Source: Archangium sp.
GTDB taxonomy: Bacteria > Myxococcota > Myxococcia > Myxococcales > Myxococcaceae
Reading direction: 5' to 3'
Assembly: GCA_031367385.1 (NCBI GenBank)
Contig: JANLPS010000347.1
Coordinates: 1 to 16,542, forward strand
DNA length: 16,542 nucleotides
Positions 15,575 through 16,542 of this stretch are shown here, piece by piece (positions within the stretch are counted from its first letter, which is position 1; every line of letters starts with the position of its first letter). The position numbers and the translations under genes are program-made. Below the pieces are notes generated by a model. It was not told the origin of the DNA. It was given only the letters and a program-made list of their open reading frames with translations, and made no database searches.

Positions 15575-15774
15575 GAACCGCAAGGTCGCACGAAAAGATT
15601 GGCGTCGGCAAGGCCGCCATTTTCTCCTCAAGTCATGAGAAATTCCGCGGGCAGCCGCACGCTCCGTCAGCTCGCCTCGACTCCAAATGGCTCAATCGAT
15701 TGCATTCTGCTGGGGCCACACCTCGGGCGGCGCCCCAAGCGCAACCTCGCGCCCAGCAGAGCCGATGACTTTTC

Positions 15775-16542
15775 ATGGTCAGCGCCCTCGCAAGCCCGCC
15801 GTCACCCAGTTTGCGAAAACGCTGCCCCGAGACGCACATCACCTCGAGCGCACGCCGGGCTCTCGACGATGAGATCAACGCGAGAGCGGCGCCTGCTCCA
15901 CGCAACGGGGTGCAGCACGTTCAAGTGGTCGTGCATGTGGTGAGCGCACCCGGCGCCCCCCACTTCACGGTCAGCGATTCGCTCATCGGCAAACAGCTCT
16001 CGGTGCTCGACAAAGACTTCGCCGCCGCGGGCTTCGGGTTCGACTTGAAGGCGGTCGAGCGAACCCAGCTGAGCACGCTGCCGAAGACGGCCGACGAGCT
16101 CGATGCGCTCAAGTCGAAGCTGCATAGGGGCAACGCGGCGACGCTGAATCTCTATCTGATGCCCGAGCTCAAGCTCGATAAGACCGACTTGCTCGGCATC
16201 TCGTCTTTTCCCTGGAAGCTCGCGAAGCACCCCAAGGCTGACGGTGTCAGCGTGCTCGCCACCACGATGCCGGGCGGCTCAACCGACACGTATTCGAACG
16301 GCGGCCGCACGGCGACCCACGAGATTGGGCATTGGCTCGGCCTGTGGCACACCTTTCAAGGCGGTTGCAAAGACTCTGATCACGTCTCAGATACTCCGGC
16401 GATGGCAGCGCCTGCTCGCGTGCCCCGCCCGCCAGAGACCACCGACAGCTGCCGCCGCAAGCCAGGCAACGACCCGGTGCACAACCCGATGAACTACATC
16501 GCCGACGATTGGGTGCGCGAGTTCACGCCGCAGCAGATCGAG
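15775..16542 (+). CDS. Peptidase M43 (ulilysin/pappalysin-like) zinc metalloprotease, 3' end outside the window
   Basis: Absent from the ORF track. My translation gives MVSALASPPSPSLRKRCPETH...VQVVVHVV...QLSVLDKDF...LNLYL...LLGISSFP...DGV...GRTATHEIGHWLGLWHTFQGGC...DHVSDTP...DPVHNPMNY...FTPQQI, with an intact HExxHxxGxxH (16318-16350) and Met-turn. Confidence 0.92.
   Translation, partial: MVSALASPPSPSLRKRCPETHITSSARRALDDEINARAAPAPRNGVQHVQVVVHVVSAPGAPHFTVSDSLIGKQLSVLDKDFAAAGFGFDLKAVERTQLSTLPKTADELDALKSKLHRGNAATLNLYLMPELKLDKTDLLGISSFPWKLAKHPKADGVSVLATTMPGGSTDTYSNGGRTATHEIGHWLGLWHTFQGGCKDSDHVSDTPAMAAPARVPRPPETTDSCRRKPGNDPVHNPMNYIADDWVREFTPQQIE

Overview
High-GC (about 65-70%) chromosomal DNA from a myxobacterium (Myxococcales-like), identified mainly by the carD-carG pair and a PEGA-domain Ser/Thr kinase. 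The left part is a minus-strand block: membrane Ser/Thr kinase, small secreted peptide, carD, carG, a membrane-anchored periplasmic protein, and a GT-C (ArnT/PMT-like) glycosyltransferase that runs off the window. The rest is an accessory patchwork of lipoproteins and secreted proteins. It includes two genes with large internal deletions (an App1-family phosphatase and a PQQ-like beta-propeller lipoprotein), a GGGH/RHTY beta-propeller lipoprotein, a family-1 uracil-DNA glycosylase with remodelled DNA-binding loops, a lower-GC orphan and a signal-less M43 metalloprotease. I see no rRNA, tRNA, CRISPR array or mobile element. The best leads are: a hybrid HMGA/H1-type CarD with a CarG whose zinc motif is QExxH; the divergent UNG inside a cluster of signal-less proteins with disordered N-termini (possible contact-delivered effectors); and the two internal-deletion scars. 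All family assignments come from motif recognition by eye, with no database search.
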